Positions 29,300 through 41,796 of a DNA stretch of 64,000 bases are shown here, one piece after another. The notes beneath the pieces were generated by a model. That model was not told where the DNA came from. It did no database searches and saw nothing but the letters and a program-made list of their open reading frames with translations. Source of the stretch: Kiritimatiellia bacterium (lineage in GTDB: Bacteria; Verrucomicrobiota; Kiritimatiellia; RFP12; JBMNHG01); NCBI GenBank assembly GCA_050950285.1, contig JBMNHG010000011.1, positions 1 to 64,000 on the forward strand, written 5' to 3'. A program made the position numbers and the translations under genes. Each line of letters starts with the position of its first letter. The first letter of the stretch is position 1.

Positions 29300-30268
29300 T
29301 TACTGCGGCTTCGGAACGCCCTTGGGGAAGGCATACCGGATGACCTCGGGCGGGAGCAGGTCGAACGGCACGTCCTGCAACTGCTCGGCGGGAATGTCCT
29401 TGGGCGCCAGCGAAGCAGGCGGCGCGAGCTTCTTCCAGTACTGCGGATCCGCCGCCAGCGCCTTCTCCACCTCGACGAAACGCCTCGAAGTAGCGCTTGC
29501 CGAAATCGCGCTGAGCCTCCGTCGTGAAATGGATGCCGTCCGGCTGCAAGGTGTACTCTTCCTTCGACGGGACGAACCGCCCCGGGCCGTACAGGTACTC
29601 GCAGGTCAGGGTCTGGTTGTGTGGAAATGATTTTGCCGAACCAACCCGATGCGTTCTTCTGGGCGAGTCCGCCCGACGATGAGCGGAACGCCCTCGGCGT
29701 CCAATTCCGTGCGCAGGCGCGAAACGAGCAGCGGGAAGCGCACCTGGTAGAGGTAGCCGCCGCGACGCATGCAGTCCGACTCGCCCTGATGCCAGAGGAT
29801 CGCCGCCAGCGTACCCTGCTCCATCGCCTTCTTCGTCCGCTCAGACGCAGTCGTCGTAGGGATGCCAGTCGGTCTTGCCCTTGCGCATCGACTTGCCCGG
29901 CTCCCACACCGCGAGAGGCGAGGCCGCCGACGGCGCAGGGGACGACGCCGACCGTGATCGTCGGGTCGCTCTCGGCCAGCGCCTCGGCAAACGTCTTGCC
30001 CGGGCCGACGCCCGGAATCGTTGACGTCGAAATGAATGGGGTCGACGCACGGCACCCACCCCGCCCGCCCGGTTCATCATCAGCACGCGCGGATGCGGCC
30101 TGGCGCTCTCGGCGTCGGGCGTCCCGCGCCCCGCCATGTTGCTTTGGCCCGGCCAGCACGACGATCTTGAACTTGTCCTTCGAGGGCGGCGCGGCGTCCG
30201 CCTTCCACGGCCGGCGCCAACGCGCCGACGGCGAGCAGCAGGACGGCGATTGTCTTGGTCGTCTTCAT
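29300..30268 (-). CDS. Sialate O-acetylesterase (SASA/CE6-like), multiply frameshifted
   Basis: GQSNMAGRG, GVGPGKTFA, VGVVPCAVGG, ILWHQGESD and DGIHF found across frames. Confidence 0.75.
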
Positions 30269-30270
30269 GT

Positions 30271-31514
30271 TCACTTCTCCAGCATGATGTTGCGGATCGA
30301 ATCGATCTCCTCCTGCTTGACGCCGATCTTGAGCAGGTACTCGACGACGCGCTCGGGGACCGTGGCGCCGTCCTCAGGGGCGAACGTCCTCGAAAAGCTC
30401 GACGGCCTTCCGGCTGTAGCGGTAGCGGGGCAGGTTGACGTTGAACGACGGCAGCTCGTAGTCGTCGTAGAAATACCGCTCGTCGCGCCCGATCACGCCG
30501 CTGATGAGGAAGGCGAGCGTGCCCGTGCGGTCCGACCCGACGGCGCAGTTGATGTACACCGGATAGTTTTCCGCATCCGCCAGGAACGTGAAAATCTTCC
30601 GCAGCTCGGGCAGGTTCGGTTGGTAGTACATGTGATACGGGATGATCGGGAAGAAGACGTGGCGAATGCCAAGCGTCGCGAGATCCGTTTCGCCCCATTG
30701 CCGGCAGCGCGTCAAAAACTCCTCCTCGTTGCGCAGGTCGAGTTCCCGAACGAACGCCGAGCTTGTCCGACATAGAGCTCTTCGAGCGTCTCCCGGCTCG
30801 CCCGGGCCCAACTCGCCTGTCCGCGGTAGAGCATCCCCTGGCGGACGCGGACGCCCTCCGCGTTCACGCCGCCGCCGAGGTCGCGCATGTTCCAGGACGG
30901 CGCGCCGATCATGCGCGGCGGCGTGTCGGTGGTCGTGAACGACCGGACGTCCGAAACCGACTTCGCGCCGTCCGCATCCGTCGCGCTCACGCGCCAGTGG
31001 TATGTTTTGCCGAGCTTGAGGAAGGCGGGGCGCATCGCCGAAACCGGCTTGTTGGAGACGATCCTCTCGACGATCGGATTTTGCGAAATCCGGCGTCTCC
31101 GAGAACTCGACCACGACGCTCGTGAGCGCGTCGTCCGACGTCCATTGGAACGGCTTGTACTCGCGCTCCTCCTGTTCCGCGCGCTTCATGAGCTCGGCGG
31201 TCCAGTCGTTGTTCATGTAGAAGTTGAAGCGATCCTGCCAGGGCTTCACCTTGGTCGCCTTGTCGCGCCCCGCCTGCACCCAGGCCTCATAGGCGGCGTT
31301 CTGCTTGTCGCGCGCCTCGATCTCCTCTTTCGTCAGCTCCGGACGCGGCGGCTTCACGCCGCGTTTCTCGAAGTTGGCCAGAAACCTCCTTCACGCACGG
31401 GGAATGCAAGTCGTACGTCGCGCCGTCTTCCGGTGCGACGAGCGTGATGGACGCCCCCCATGCCGCGACGCGAAACGCCGCGACGGCACAGGCAAGAACA
31501 AGATGGCGCTTCAT
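30271..31514 (-). CDS. Secreted tyrosine/inositol phosphatase-like protein (CX5R), multiply frameshifted
   Basis: NMRDLGG, VRQGMLYRG, ELDLR, YPVYINCAVGSDRTGTL, DYEL. Confidence 0.8.
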
Positions 31515-31516
31515 TT

Positions 31517-32629
31517 TCACCTCACCACCACGAAACACTGTGCCGACGAGCTTGTCCTTCAATCAGCAGAAGGCGGTTCTCAAGCGGCGTCCCCGCCGGC
31601 ACCGCTGCCGCCGAAAACGTCGAGTCTTTCATGTTAAGCACCCCGTTCTCGGCATACGGAGCCCACTCGTTCGCATACTTGCGGCGGATGTAGGTCGTGA
31701 CCTTTTGCGCCGTGCCGGCATACGTGAGGTCAAGCGACGCAGGCGGCTTGCCGCGAAAACAGACATTCGTCAGCGAGGCGTTGTTTTCAAATGTCCTGTC
31801 GTTTCCAATATTCTGGATTGCCGTCGATAACCGGGAACACAACCGTTTCAACATTCACGCCACGAAACGTACGATCAGCAAGCGACACCACGCCGTTCAG
31901 AACAAGCGGATCTGCCAGTGTAATCGAGCAATCAAAGACGCACGATGCGATGCTCACGTTGGAACATGCAGCGTCGAATACGATGTTCGTGAGCGTCGTC
32001 ACGCCGTTTAACATTTGATACTTGTGGCCGCGGCTTTTCAAACTCCTCGAGATCGGGACCAAACGTCATGGAGGTTATCTTGGTTCCCAAGAAGATCGTA
32101 TCCGTTTGCATGCCCACGACCCCTCTCAGGAACAAATCCCCCGCAATCGGCGAATTGTAAAAGGCGGCCGGAGAAACCGACGTCACCGAATCAGGCAGAA
32201 AGGGAACAACGTTCGTCAGCGACGTACACCAACCGAATGCGCATTGAGCAATGGACGTCAGATTCGTTTCCGGCAGCTTCAGCGAACCGACATATTCACC
32301 GCCGGCGGATCTGCTTTTCACCGAGGTTATGGTGCATCTGTCATATTTGTCGTCTGCATACGCAAACTTCGTGTCGAGCCCAACGATGGCATAGACCGTG
32401 TTGCTAGCGTCCAAAACCGGCCTTGGCGAAGTCCAATTCGGAAAACGACCGTCGGCCAATTCCCGCAAGGCCCGACCGTGAGGTCGGTGGCGGTGGCGGT
32501 GACATTCGTAAACGTCCAGACGCCGTCGGTCATGGTCCCTTCGACCGGGTCGAAGAACCAGTCCGCCGCCGTGGCGGCCGTCGCGCCGAAAAGCATCAGC
32601 GAAACAAAACCCAGCAGTTTCTTTTTCAT
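31517..32629 (-). CDS. Shorter LRR surface-protein paralog of 23684-25864, multiply frameshifted
   Basis: Near-identical signal peptide and first about 50 codons; LTSIAQCAFGWCTSLTNVVPFLPDSV; C-terminus reconstructs as GTV(F)VVVR*. Confidence 0.75.
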
Positions 32630-32739
32630 TTTTCTTCTCCGTGGAAAGGTACGGACCGGCGAAAACTCCATGTGAACGCACGACCGCCCGTTTACACTTC
32701 ACCATACTTGCCATACCCTTGGGGAATTTGAAAGTTAAG

Positions 32740-34756
32740 CCGAAGTTCCAGCGGCTCTTTCATGCCCGAAACGGCCATATTTTCTTGATTTAGCGGCATT
32801 CCGGCACCCCTAAGGCAGCAAAATCCGTTCCATTTGCGCCCATGTAATTGTTAATAACTTTTTTGACGAAACACCATTTTTACGCTTGCATGAGACTGAA
32901 AGGTCTGCTAAATTGAGCCCATGTACATTGACATCGTGCCGAACCGCAAATCCCCGCCCGCAATCCTGCTGCGCGAGAGCTGCCGCGAGGCGGGCGCACC
33001 GTCAAGCGCACGCTTGCCAACCTGTCGATGCTGCCGCCCGAGGCGGTGGCGGCGCTGCGCGCCGCGCTCAAGGGCGAGCATCTTGTGGAGGCCGACAGCC
33101 TTTTCGAGATCGAGCGATCCCTGCCATGCGGCCACGTCAGGGCCGTCCGCACGGCAATGAGCCGGCTCGGCATGCGGGATCTGGTGTCGTCCAAGCCCTG
33201 CCCGGAGCGCGACATCGTGCTGGCGATGATAGCCCAGCGCATAATAGAGCCGGGCTCGAAGCTGGAGACGGTCTCCCTGTTCGGGGACTCCACGCTCGCG
33301 CAGGAGTTCGGCGTGCAGGACGTGGACGAGAACGACCTTTATGCGGCGATGGACTGGCTCGCGGCCCGCCAGCCCTTCATCGAGCGCAAGCTGGCCGGGC
33401 GGCACCTTGCCGAGGGGGCGACAGTCCTGTACGACGTATCGAGCAGCTCCTACTACGGCAAGCAATGCCCCCTGGCAAAGCGCGGATACAACCGCGACGG
33501 CCTCAAGCTGCCCGGCATCGTCTACGGGCTTATGACCGATACCGACGGCAGGCCGGTCGCGGTGCGGGTGTATCCCGGCGACACCGCCGACCCGGTGACG
33601 GTGCCGGACCAGATCGACCGGCTGCGCGGGGGCTTCGGCATAGCGCGGTTCGTCTTCGTGGGTGACCGCGGCATGCTGACGAACACGCAGATCGACCGCC
33701 TGCGGCAAGCAGGAGGGCTGCGGCTGGATATCCTGCCTGCGAAGCTCGGACATCCGCAGGCTGCTGGAGACACGCGATCCCTCCGGTGCGCCGCTGTTCA
33801 CGCAGGGCAACCTGGCCGAGATCATCCATCCCGACTTCCCCGGCGAGCGGCTGGTGGCCTGCTACAACCCGGTGCTGGCGATGGACCGCGCCCGCATGCG
33901 CGGCGAGCTGCTGGAGTCCACCGAGAAGGATCTCGTCAAGCTGCGCGACCATGTGGGGCGCCGGAGGAGGAAACCCCTGACGGCAGCCGGGATCGGCGTC
34001 AGGGCGGGACGCGTGATCAACCGCTACAAGGTCGCCAAGCACTTCAGGCTGGACATCGCCGACAACCACTTCGGCTGGGAGCGCGACACGGAATCCATCG
34101 CCCGCGAGGCCGCCTGGACGGCATCTACGTCGTGCGCACCAGCGAGACGCCCGAGTCGCTTTCCGCAGAGGACGCGGTGCGCGCCTACAAGAGCCTGGGC
34201 GACGTCGAGCAGGCCTTCAGGACCTTCAAGGGCGTCGATCTGCTCGTCCGCCCGATCTACCACCGCCTGGAGGACCGCGTGCGCGCGCACGTGCTGCTGT
34301 GCATGCTCGCCTATTACGTGGAATGGCACATGCGCCAGGCCCTGGCCCCGCTGCTCTACGCCGACGAGGAACTGGAAGCCGCCCGCGCCAGCCGCGATCC
34401 CGTCGCCAAGGCGCAGCCCTCGGAAAACCTCAAGCGCAAGCGCGCCCGGAAACGCACGCAGGACGGACTGCGGCTCCGGCGCTGGGACGGGCTGCTTGGC
34501 GCGCTATCGACACAGGTGCGCAACACATGCTGTTTCGGAGAAGGCAGAACCGCCGTGCGCTTTACCCGCGACACGATGCCCAACGCCTTCCAGGCCAAAG
34601 CCTTCCGACTGCTCGAGGCGGACCACGCCTGCTGGCGGAACAACAAGGGGCGTTTCCATGTAAGCGGAACGGGAAAATGGCGCCAGAAAGCGCGTAGAAT
34701 GCTTGCCTGCAAGGGTTTGCGAATGAGCAGGCTGTTGGAAATCGCTGGAACTTCGG
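32740..34756 (+). mobile_element. IS1634-family insertion sequence
   Basis: 14 bp TIRs CCGAAGTTCCAGCG (32740-32753) and CGCTGGAACTTCGG (34743-34756); 6 bp TSD GTTAAG on both sides. Confidence 0.93.
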
Positions 34757-34761
34757 GTTAA
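32921..34761 (+). CDS. IS1634 DDE transposase (apparent frameshifts)
   Basis: MYIDIVPNRKSPPAILLRES, LYDVSSSSY, RGYNRD, VGDRGM, YKSLGDVEQAFR..K, RPIYHRLEDRVRAHVLLCMLAY. Confidence 0.9.
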
Positions 34762-34887
34762 GAATTTGCAAGAAATGTGTCGGAATTGTAAACGGGAGGT
34801 TGTTGGAGTTTGCGGTCGATCGGATGGCCATGGAGGACGAGGTTGACGGATGGCATGGCCCACGACGGGCGAACGATGCGCCGAAAC

Positions 34888-34935
34888 GGTGGGGACCGCC
34901 GTCCCGGCGGGTGTTCTGGAGACCGCGGTCCCCAG
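34888..34935. repeat. REP-like palindrome related to those in the CRISPR trailer
   Basis: GGTGGGGACCGCCGTCCCGGCGG...CGCGGTCCCCA resembles GGTGGGGCGACGCCGTCCCGGCG at 598. Confidence 0.55.
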
Positions 34936-35039
34936 CGGCACTGCAAACCTTTTGCATAGCATCTCCCTGGGGCGGGCACCGTGTGCCTGCCCAAGCCGTC
35001 AGCCCTCTTGATGCGCGCCTTCCCGTGGCGCACGCGCTC

Positions 35040-35464
35040 GCAAATGGGCTCGGGCGTACAGCTCGGCGACATCCGTTTCGTGTTCGCGCCGTTTGAAAGG
35101 CAGACGACCTGCGTCCTCTACGACTACCTCGTGCCCGGCACGCCGGCAGAGGCCAAGGTCGGATTCTCGAGCCCCTGGCGCACGGCCTACGTTGACCGCG
35201 TCCACATCCTGGACGACGTGACGGCGGATGTCGTCCGCTCCGGCAACCGCGTGACGCTGACGGCGACGGTGCCGCTCGCGGCGATCCACTTCACACCCTC
35301 GGGCGAGGTGAAGGGCAACGGTCGGGCGCGTCTTTTCCGATGCAAGCGGCACCCGCGCGGCGGTGCGACACTACTGGTCGAACAAGAACACCGCCATCAT
35401 GAGCGACCTCCCGACGGAAGTGATGGTCAATCCCGATCTCTGGGGCACGTTCAGATTCGAATGA
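35040..35464 (+). pseudogene. Orphan C-terminal fragment of a protein homologous to 37702-41575
   Basis: ..RHYWSNKNTAIMSDLPTEVMVNPDLWGTFRFE* aligns by eye with ..TMVDDVPTETRLHPAGWVQIDFED*; no 5' part present. Confidence 0.6.
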
Positions 35465-36372
35465 GCAGACTCGGATTGTTTTCGCATGAGACGAGACGGT
35501 TGTATCGCTTGACGAGCTCCGAAACCGTCATCCGTTGCGACGATGGCTTGAACCGAGACAACTCCAAAATATTCGAAGCCAAGAACTGTTCGACATCGAA
35601 AAACTCAACTTGCTCCGAAATCCCGAAATTCTCCGCCAATCCTTCGGCAATGGAAACTTTGCGGTATGTTGTAATGATCAACGGACGAAGCCCCTGCTCG
35701 ATGTTCTCGGTGCATTTCCGCAGCAAGGCTTCGCCCGGCGACGACGTTACATGAATGACAACGTCTTCGGCCACGTAGTCGCCGACTCGATCTGTCACAT
35801 CATCAGCGACAAACGCCCCGTGAGTTTCGATTTTACGTCCCAGGATCAGCTCAAGCTTGGCTCCGACCAAATGTTGAAGGACGACACCCACAAACATCGT
35901 TCCGGGGTCTTGTTTCTGACGGGTTTCAGCTTGTTCCAGAAGGTCACGGACCGCCGTCCGCAAGGAACTTTGCTTATCCAGCCGAAACACCATGGGCTTC
36001 GCCTCGAAAAACTTTTTCACACGCTCGATCCACCATTTCTCAATGGCGTCGAGATCAACCTCTTCGGATTGTGCAAGCCGGTTGAGAAATCGAACGTAGT
36101 TTTGCATGTTTCCGATGCTTCCACGACTCGTGCGACCTCCTTCTTCGGCTAAAACCTTCGTAATGCCATGATCGCGAAGAATGGCTTGAACCGCTCCCTT
36201 GCCCAAGCCAAGCACCTGTCCGCCGCCTTCGGTCAGCAATTTGGCGTCATCCAGCGGCAGGCCGTTTCGCTTGGCATGGCGTGTGGACAACCAAGGCGAC
36301 GCAGAGAGCCCCGCGTCCCTTCATTTTCGAATCAATAGCGAACGCTTCAAGCCGTTTATTGTACTTGGACAC
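35451..36372 (-). CDS. DUF4928-family protein, putative restriction endonuclease partner (frameshift near 36285)
   Basis: GALCVALVV / TRHAK..GLPLD..LLTEGGGQVLGLG, EGGRTSRGS, QHLVGAKL, GDY..EDVVIHVT; translationally coupled to the methylase. Confidence 0.75.
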
Positions 36373-37525
36373 AATAAAGCTCCTTTTTCGAGGCAATGTT
36401 GCAGAGCGGATTGAGCAAATGATGCGCCAGCCATTTCACAACAGGAACGGCAACGGCGTCGCCCATTGCCTTGTAGCCGTCATTGTAACTGCCGGGAAGC
36501 TGATACGAATCCGGAGCCCCCATCAGCCTGGCCGTCTCGCGAACGGTCAAAAGACGAGTGTTCAACATGCCGTTTTTATCATGGATCACGACGATCTGAC
36601 GACTGCTCCCGCCTTCAGGCGTCCGCAAACATCCCGCGACGTTGTCAAACCGCAGCTCAAGCACCTGCTTGCCATTGCGTGTTCGGCGGTACCCTGGGAA
36701 GACGGAGACGCCCGGTTTTGAAACTGAAAAGAGCTCCTTGCGATGAGAAGGAGGAATCATCGCAAATAAATTGTCGCGTTTATCAGGTGGATCTACGGGG
36801 GCATCCCATTCCAAGATGTCTGACAACCCTTTTCTTCTCGGGTATGGCTTCGGAAGGTTCCACCATACCCAGTCCTGACATTTCTCAGCTACTTTTTTTA
36901 TCGCGTCGGTGTGACACCATAGTGGCTTGAAAGACTGCAATCGCGCAGGAATTTCAAATTGTGTCGAGAAAGCAATGACAAAAACACGCGGACGGGACTG
37001 CGGCACCCAATCCACAGCGTCAAGAACGACCGCGCCAACCGAATATCCTCGTTGGCGCAACGCGTTGTGCAATTGCAGATAGTTCTTGCCTCCATGCGCG
37101 GAAATCAACCCGACAACGTTCTCGGCCACGAGAACCGGCGGCAAAGTATCGCACTCGTCCAAAACACGCAACCACTCCCAGACAAGTCCGCTCCTCGCCG
37201 ATTTGATGCCAACCATATTGCCGGCAAGAGACAAGTCCTGACAAGGGAAACTGGCCCATGACATGACGGTCTCAGGCAAATCAGAGCCTCGAACCTGCTG
37301 TATTGGGGCGGTTAGAAAATGAGCCTGTCCATGGTTGGCCTGGTACACCTTGGCCTTGCGCTCGCAAATGTCATTCGCCCAAACAACGGAAAAATAATCC
37401 GACAAACCCTCCGTTACGAGTCCGCTGCCAGCAAAGAAATCAGACACCGGGAAAAAATTCACTTCTTCCCGGACAACCTGGCTACGGCTTGTGTTTGCCG
37501 ATTTTGTTGTTTTTTTCTGCTTCAT
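36356..37525 (-). CDS. dcm: C5 DNA cytosine methyltransferase
   Basis: FFAGSG (motif I), SFPCQDLS (IV), ENV (VI), PQSRPRVF (VIII), RETARLMG, MGDAV. Confidence 0.95.
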   Translation of the reverse strand: MKQKKTTKSANTSRSQVVREEVNFFPVSDFFAGSGLVTEGLSDYFSVVWANDICERKAKVYQANHGQAHFLTAPIQQVRGSDLPETVMSWASFPCQDLSLAGNMVGIKSARSGLVWEWLRVLDECDTLPPVLVAENVVGLISAHGGKNYLQLHNALRQRGYSVGAVVLDAVDWVPQSRPRVFVIAFSTQFEIPARLQSFKPLWCHTDAIKKVAEKCQDWVWWNLPKPYPRRKGLSDILEWDAPVDPPDKRDNLFAMIPPSHRKELFSVSKPGVSVFPGYRRTRNGKQVLELRFDNVAGCLRTPEGGSSRQIVVIHDKNGMLNTRLLTVRETARLMGAPDSYQLPGSYNDGYKAMGDAVAVPVVKWLAHHLLNPLCNIASKKELYCVQVQ

Positions 37526-37701
37526 GAAACAATTGGATAAAAGAACCCCTTCTTTGTCCTTCAATTTTACACAAATTGGGCAGACAATCAACCATCAAGC
37601 CAAACTATCAAAACATTGCGCGATTAAATCAAATAAAACGGGTTTGAGTCATCCTCCTGAATCGACTATACTTCGCCATCATGAATAAGGATTTACTTTC
37701 C

Positions 37702-40700
37702 ATGAAAAAACAGTCGCCACTACTACTGGGGAGTGCACTTATGGCCTGGTTCGCTACAACCGCCTCCGGAGGCACGTCGTGCCTGGACGGCGTCGCGGCG
37801 GCGCTGCCGCTCAAGGACGGGCGGGCGCCCGTCATCGACGGTCGGCTCGACGACTGGGACCGCTCGGGCGCCGTGCTCGCCTGGAACGCGGAAGAACTCG
37901 CCGAGTCGGAGAATGTGGCGCTCTTTTTCATGTACGACGAGGCGAACTTCTACGTCGGCGCCGAGATGGCGCTCGGGGATCACGACAACACGAACGAAAA
38001 CCGCCCCCAGGACCGCTACTGGCAGGGCGACCTCGTCCAGATCCGGATCTGCACGGATCCGTCGCTCCCGCACCCCCTGCCCCGCGCCAACCGGCGCGAT
38101 CCGGATTCGCCCTTCCGCGGCAAGGACGACGTCACCTGCATCAACCTCTGGCGGAACTCCGTGGACGGAAGCGACAACCTGTACGTGACGCCCGGCGCGT
38201 TCTTCGACTGCCCGAACGCGTTCTTCCCCGAAGGCTCGGCGATGAAGTCGACGGTCGGCGAGCGGTCGCTCACCATGGAGGCGCGCATCCCCTGGAGCGC
38301 GCTCGGCGTGAAGGACGGCAAATGCCCGTTCGCGCCGGGAGACCGCATGGCGGCGGTCGCGGACATCAAGTGGTTCCCGGGGTCGGACGGGCACGCCACC
38401 GCCGCCATCTACCACAGGGACCCGGGATCGTTCGCATTCCTGAACATCGACACCTGGGGGCAGATCGAATTCCACGCCACGGGCAACCTCCCGCCGTCCG
38501 GGGTCACCTTCGCCTCCATCGCCGCCGCGGCACGGCAGCGAAACGCGGTCGATACGACGGGCTATGCCGAGATTCGCTTCAATCTGCCGAAGAAGGCGAA
38601 GGTCTCCGTCAACATCTTCGATGAAAAGGGCGGCGTCATCCGCGAACTGATCGGCGGCGAGGAGCGCGAGGCGGGCGAGGTGGCCGTGTACTGGGACGGA
38701 CGCGACGCGCTCGGCTTCCCGTGCGAGGCCGGCCGCGACTACCGCTGGGGCGCCTACGCGCACGACGGGCTCGACGTCGCCTACTTCGGCACCGTCGGCA
38801 CGAGCGGCGAGCCGCCGTACGAAACGAAGGACCGCCTCGGCGGCTGGGGCAGCGACCACGGCCCCGTCGTGGACGCCGCCTGCGACGAAACGGGGCGCTA
38901 CTACGTCTGGCACATGTGCGAAAGCGGCAAAGGCATCGTCAAGACCGATTTCGACGGCAAGGTCGTCTGGCGCACCATGCCGTTCGTCGTGGACGGCTGG
39001 GGCAACTATTCGTGCCTCGCCGCGGCCGACGGCAAGGTCTACCTCGTCTATGAACGGCGCGACGAGAACGCGCCCGTCGTGAAACTCGTAAAGGTCGACG
39101 CCGCGACCGGCAACTACGACATCTGGCCCTCCGGCGCCGGCACGATGGACATCGCCATCGATCCCGCGCCGCCGGCGCTGCCGCCCGGCTCCGCCGTGCG
39201 GCCCGCCTACGCCTTCAACATCGCCGGCATCGCCGTGAAGGGCCAGGAGCTCTTCATCTCGGACTTCAACGGCGACCGCATCCTCGTCCACGACGCCGAG
39301 ACGGGCGAGAAGACGCGCGAGATCCCGGTAAAAGGCCCGCGCGGCCTCTGGCTCCACGACGGCGCGCTCGTCGTGGCGACGCTGCCGGGCGCGGTCGTGC
39401 GCGTCGATCCGGAAACCGGCGCGACGGCGACGCTCGTCGCGGAAGGGCCTCGACGCCCCCTACGGCGTCGCGGTCGACGCGGCGGGGCGCATCCACGTGA
39501 GCGACCTCGGCGCGAGCCAGCAGATCAAGACGTTCGAGGGCGGCAAGCTCGTCCGCACGCTCGGCAAGCGCGGCGGCCGCGGCTTCCTCGGCAAGATCGA
39601 CACGACGTCCTTCCAATATCCGTTCGGCCTCGCCGTCGACAAGACGGGCGTCCTGATGGTGACGGAGGCGTCCACGCCGAAAATCGTGACGCTCCTCGAT
39701 GCGGCCACGGGCGAAACGCTCCGCAAATACTACGGCTACACGGCCTATTCGCCCTCCAACATCCCCGACCCGGACGACCCGCTGCTCCAGTACTATTCGC
39801 TTTCCGGCCCCGATTCCTTCGCGCGGGCGCGCGTGCCCGACGCGGGCGGCGCGGGATTCCCGGACGCCTCGTGGGATTTCATCGGCGCCGGGATCCCGGA
39901 ATTCGGCGCCATCATGAACACCATGACCATGCCGGAGATCCTCAAGGCGGACAACGGCAGGAAGTACCTCGTACCGGACGGCACGGCCGACCACCGCAAC
40001 CCCACGCAGCCCATGACGGTCTGCCTCGTGGACGGCGACGCCATGAAACCGGTCGCGGGCTACTACCGCCTGCCGTCCGAGGAGAAAAACCCGAAGACCC
40101 ACGCCTTCGAGCTTTGGATGGACGCAAACGGCGACCACCGCATGCAGCCGGAGGAAAAGGTCGCCGTCTCGTCCGTCGAAGGCCGCACGTTCCGGCTCGC
40201 GAACACGACCGGCGCGCTGCACATGACCGCGAACGGCGACCTCTTCATCCTCACGATGGACAACTTCGTCATCGGCGTTCCCTGCCGCGGGTTCTCGGAA
40301 AGCGGCGTGCCGCAGTGGGACGCCGCCGCGGCGTACATCGCGATTCCCGGAATCATCCCCGGCATGGACAAGCTCTACTGCACCTGGCGGCTGGGACTCG
40401 TCGGGATGCGCCGCGATTCCGAAGGCAACTTCTACGCGGCCGTCGCGTGCAGCCCGCCATACGCGACCGAGGCCTACACGAAGTACATGCACCAGGGCAT
40501 GGGCCACACGGCGGATGTCGGCGCGGTGTTCATGACGAAGTACGATCCCGAGGGACGGCTTCTCTGGCGCGTCGGCCGCAAGGCCGTCGGCGGCATGAAG
40601 CCCGGCGAAATCCTCCACCACTGGTGCTACGCGGGGCTCCTGAACGACGAATACTCCGTCGCGGCGTCCGAATGGGGCGTCTTCACCCTCTACACGAAGG

Positions 40701-41575
40701 ACGGCTTCTACGTCGACCACCTCTTCGACATCCCGGGGATCCCCGGCCGCGGCATCCCGTATTCGTTCGGCGGCGAAGACTTCTCGGGGCGCATCCACTA
40801 CTTCCCCGAGCGGGACGAAGTGTGGGCGTACAACGCCGGGCACACCTTCAAGGTCTCCGGCTTCACGAACGGACGCGTCAACGGCGAATGGCGCACCGAT
40901 GGCACAGTCCGGCTCGAACGCGTGATGCCGCTCGTCTTCCCGGGCGCGAAGCCCAAACCCATCGGCGACGTCTCCTTCGCCCGCCGCGACGGCCGGCTCG
41001 TCTTCCGCGCGCACGTCAAAGACCCCACGCCGCTCGTCAACGCGGCGACCGAGGCGAACGCGGTCTTCAAGGGCGGCGACGCCGTCGGCTTCGAGATCGG
41101 CCCCGCCACGACGCCCGCCACGATCCCCGAGCGCCGGCCGACCGGACGCCCGATCGGCTTCACGCGCGTGCTTGCCGCGCGCATGGACGGCAAGGACCGC
41201 GTGATCGCGTTCAAGCCGTTCACGGACGGCGAGAAGCGTCCGCAAACGTATGCGACCCCGGCGGGCGGCACGAGCGACTTCGAGTTCGTCGGCGACATCC
41301 CCGGCGCGACCGCGACGTTTACGCTCGATGCGGACGGCGCCGGCTACACGGCGGAAATCGCCGTTCCCTGGCCGTTCTTCGAGCTCGACGCCGCGAAGCC
41401 CGTTTACGGCGACGCCGAGGCGCTCCTCTCGGGCGACGGCGGCCGCGGCTTGCAGACGGTCGAAAAAGCCTATCTCCACACCCCCGACTCTTCCGCCACG
41501 ACCATGGTCGACGACGTCCCCACCGAGACCCGCCTCCATCCCGCCGGTTGGGTGCAAATCGACTTTGAAGATTAG
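37702..41575 (+). CDS. Large secreted protein with CBM9/DOMON-like, FlgD Ig-like and NHL beta-propeller regions (frameshift near 39450)
   Basis: PVIDGRLDDW, VSVNIFDEKGGVIREL..VYWDGRDALG, repeated P.GLAVD motifs; joins ORFs 37681-41568 and 39497-41575. Confidence 0.75.
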
Positions 41576-41796
41576 GGGTTTATCGCGGCAGGGGGGCGAT
41601 CCGCCGCGCCGGCTCGCGGCGCGGCGGAGTTGCCGGTGCCGTTGGGGCCGATGAGGGCGACGTGCTCGCCGGGGGCGATGTCGAACGAGAGGTCTTGAAA
41701 CACCGCGGGAGCGTCCGCACCCCGCCACCCGAAGGCGAGGGTGCGGACGGCGATGGCGGGGGGTGTCGCTGTCGGGTCTTCCGGCGCGGGACTCAT
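41572..41796 (-). pseudogene. Truncated ABC transporter ATP-binding subunit
   Basis: VFQDLSFDIAPGEHVALIGPNGTG, breaking at the Walker A motif. Confidence 0.7.

Noticed and set aside
29200..34100. Programmed frameshifting or mass pseudogenisation
   Set aside because: Scattered single-base indels at short homopolymers in unrelated genes are more simply explained by long-read consensus errors.
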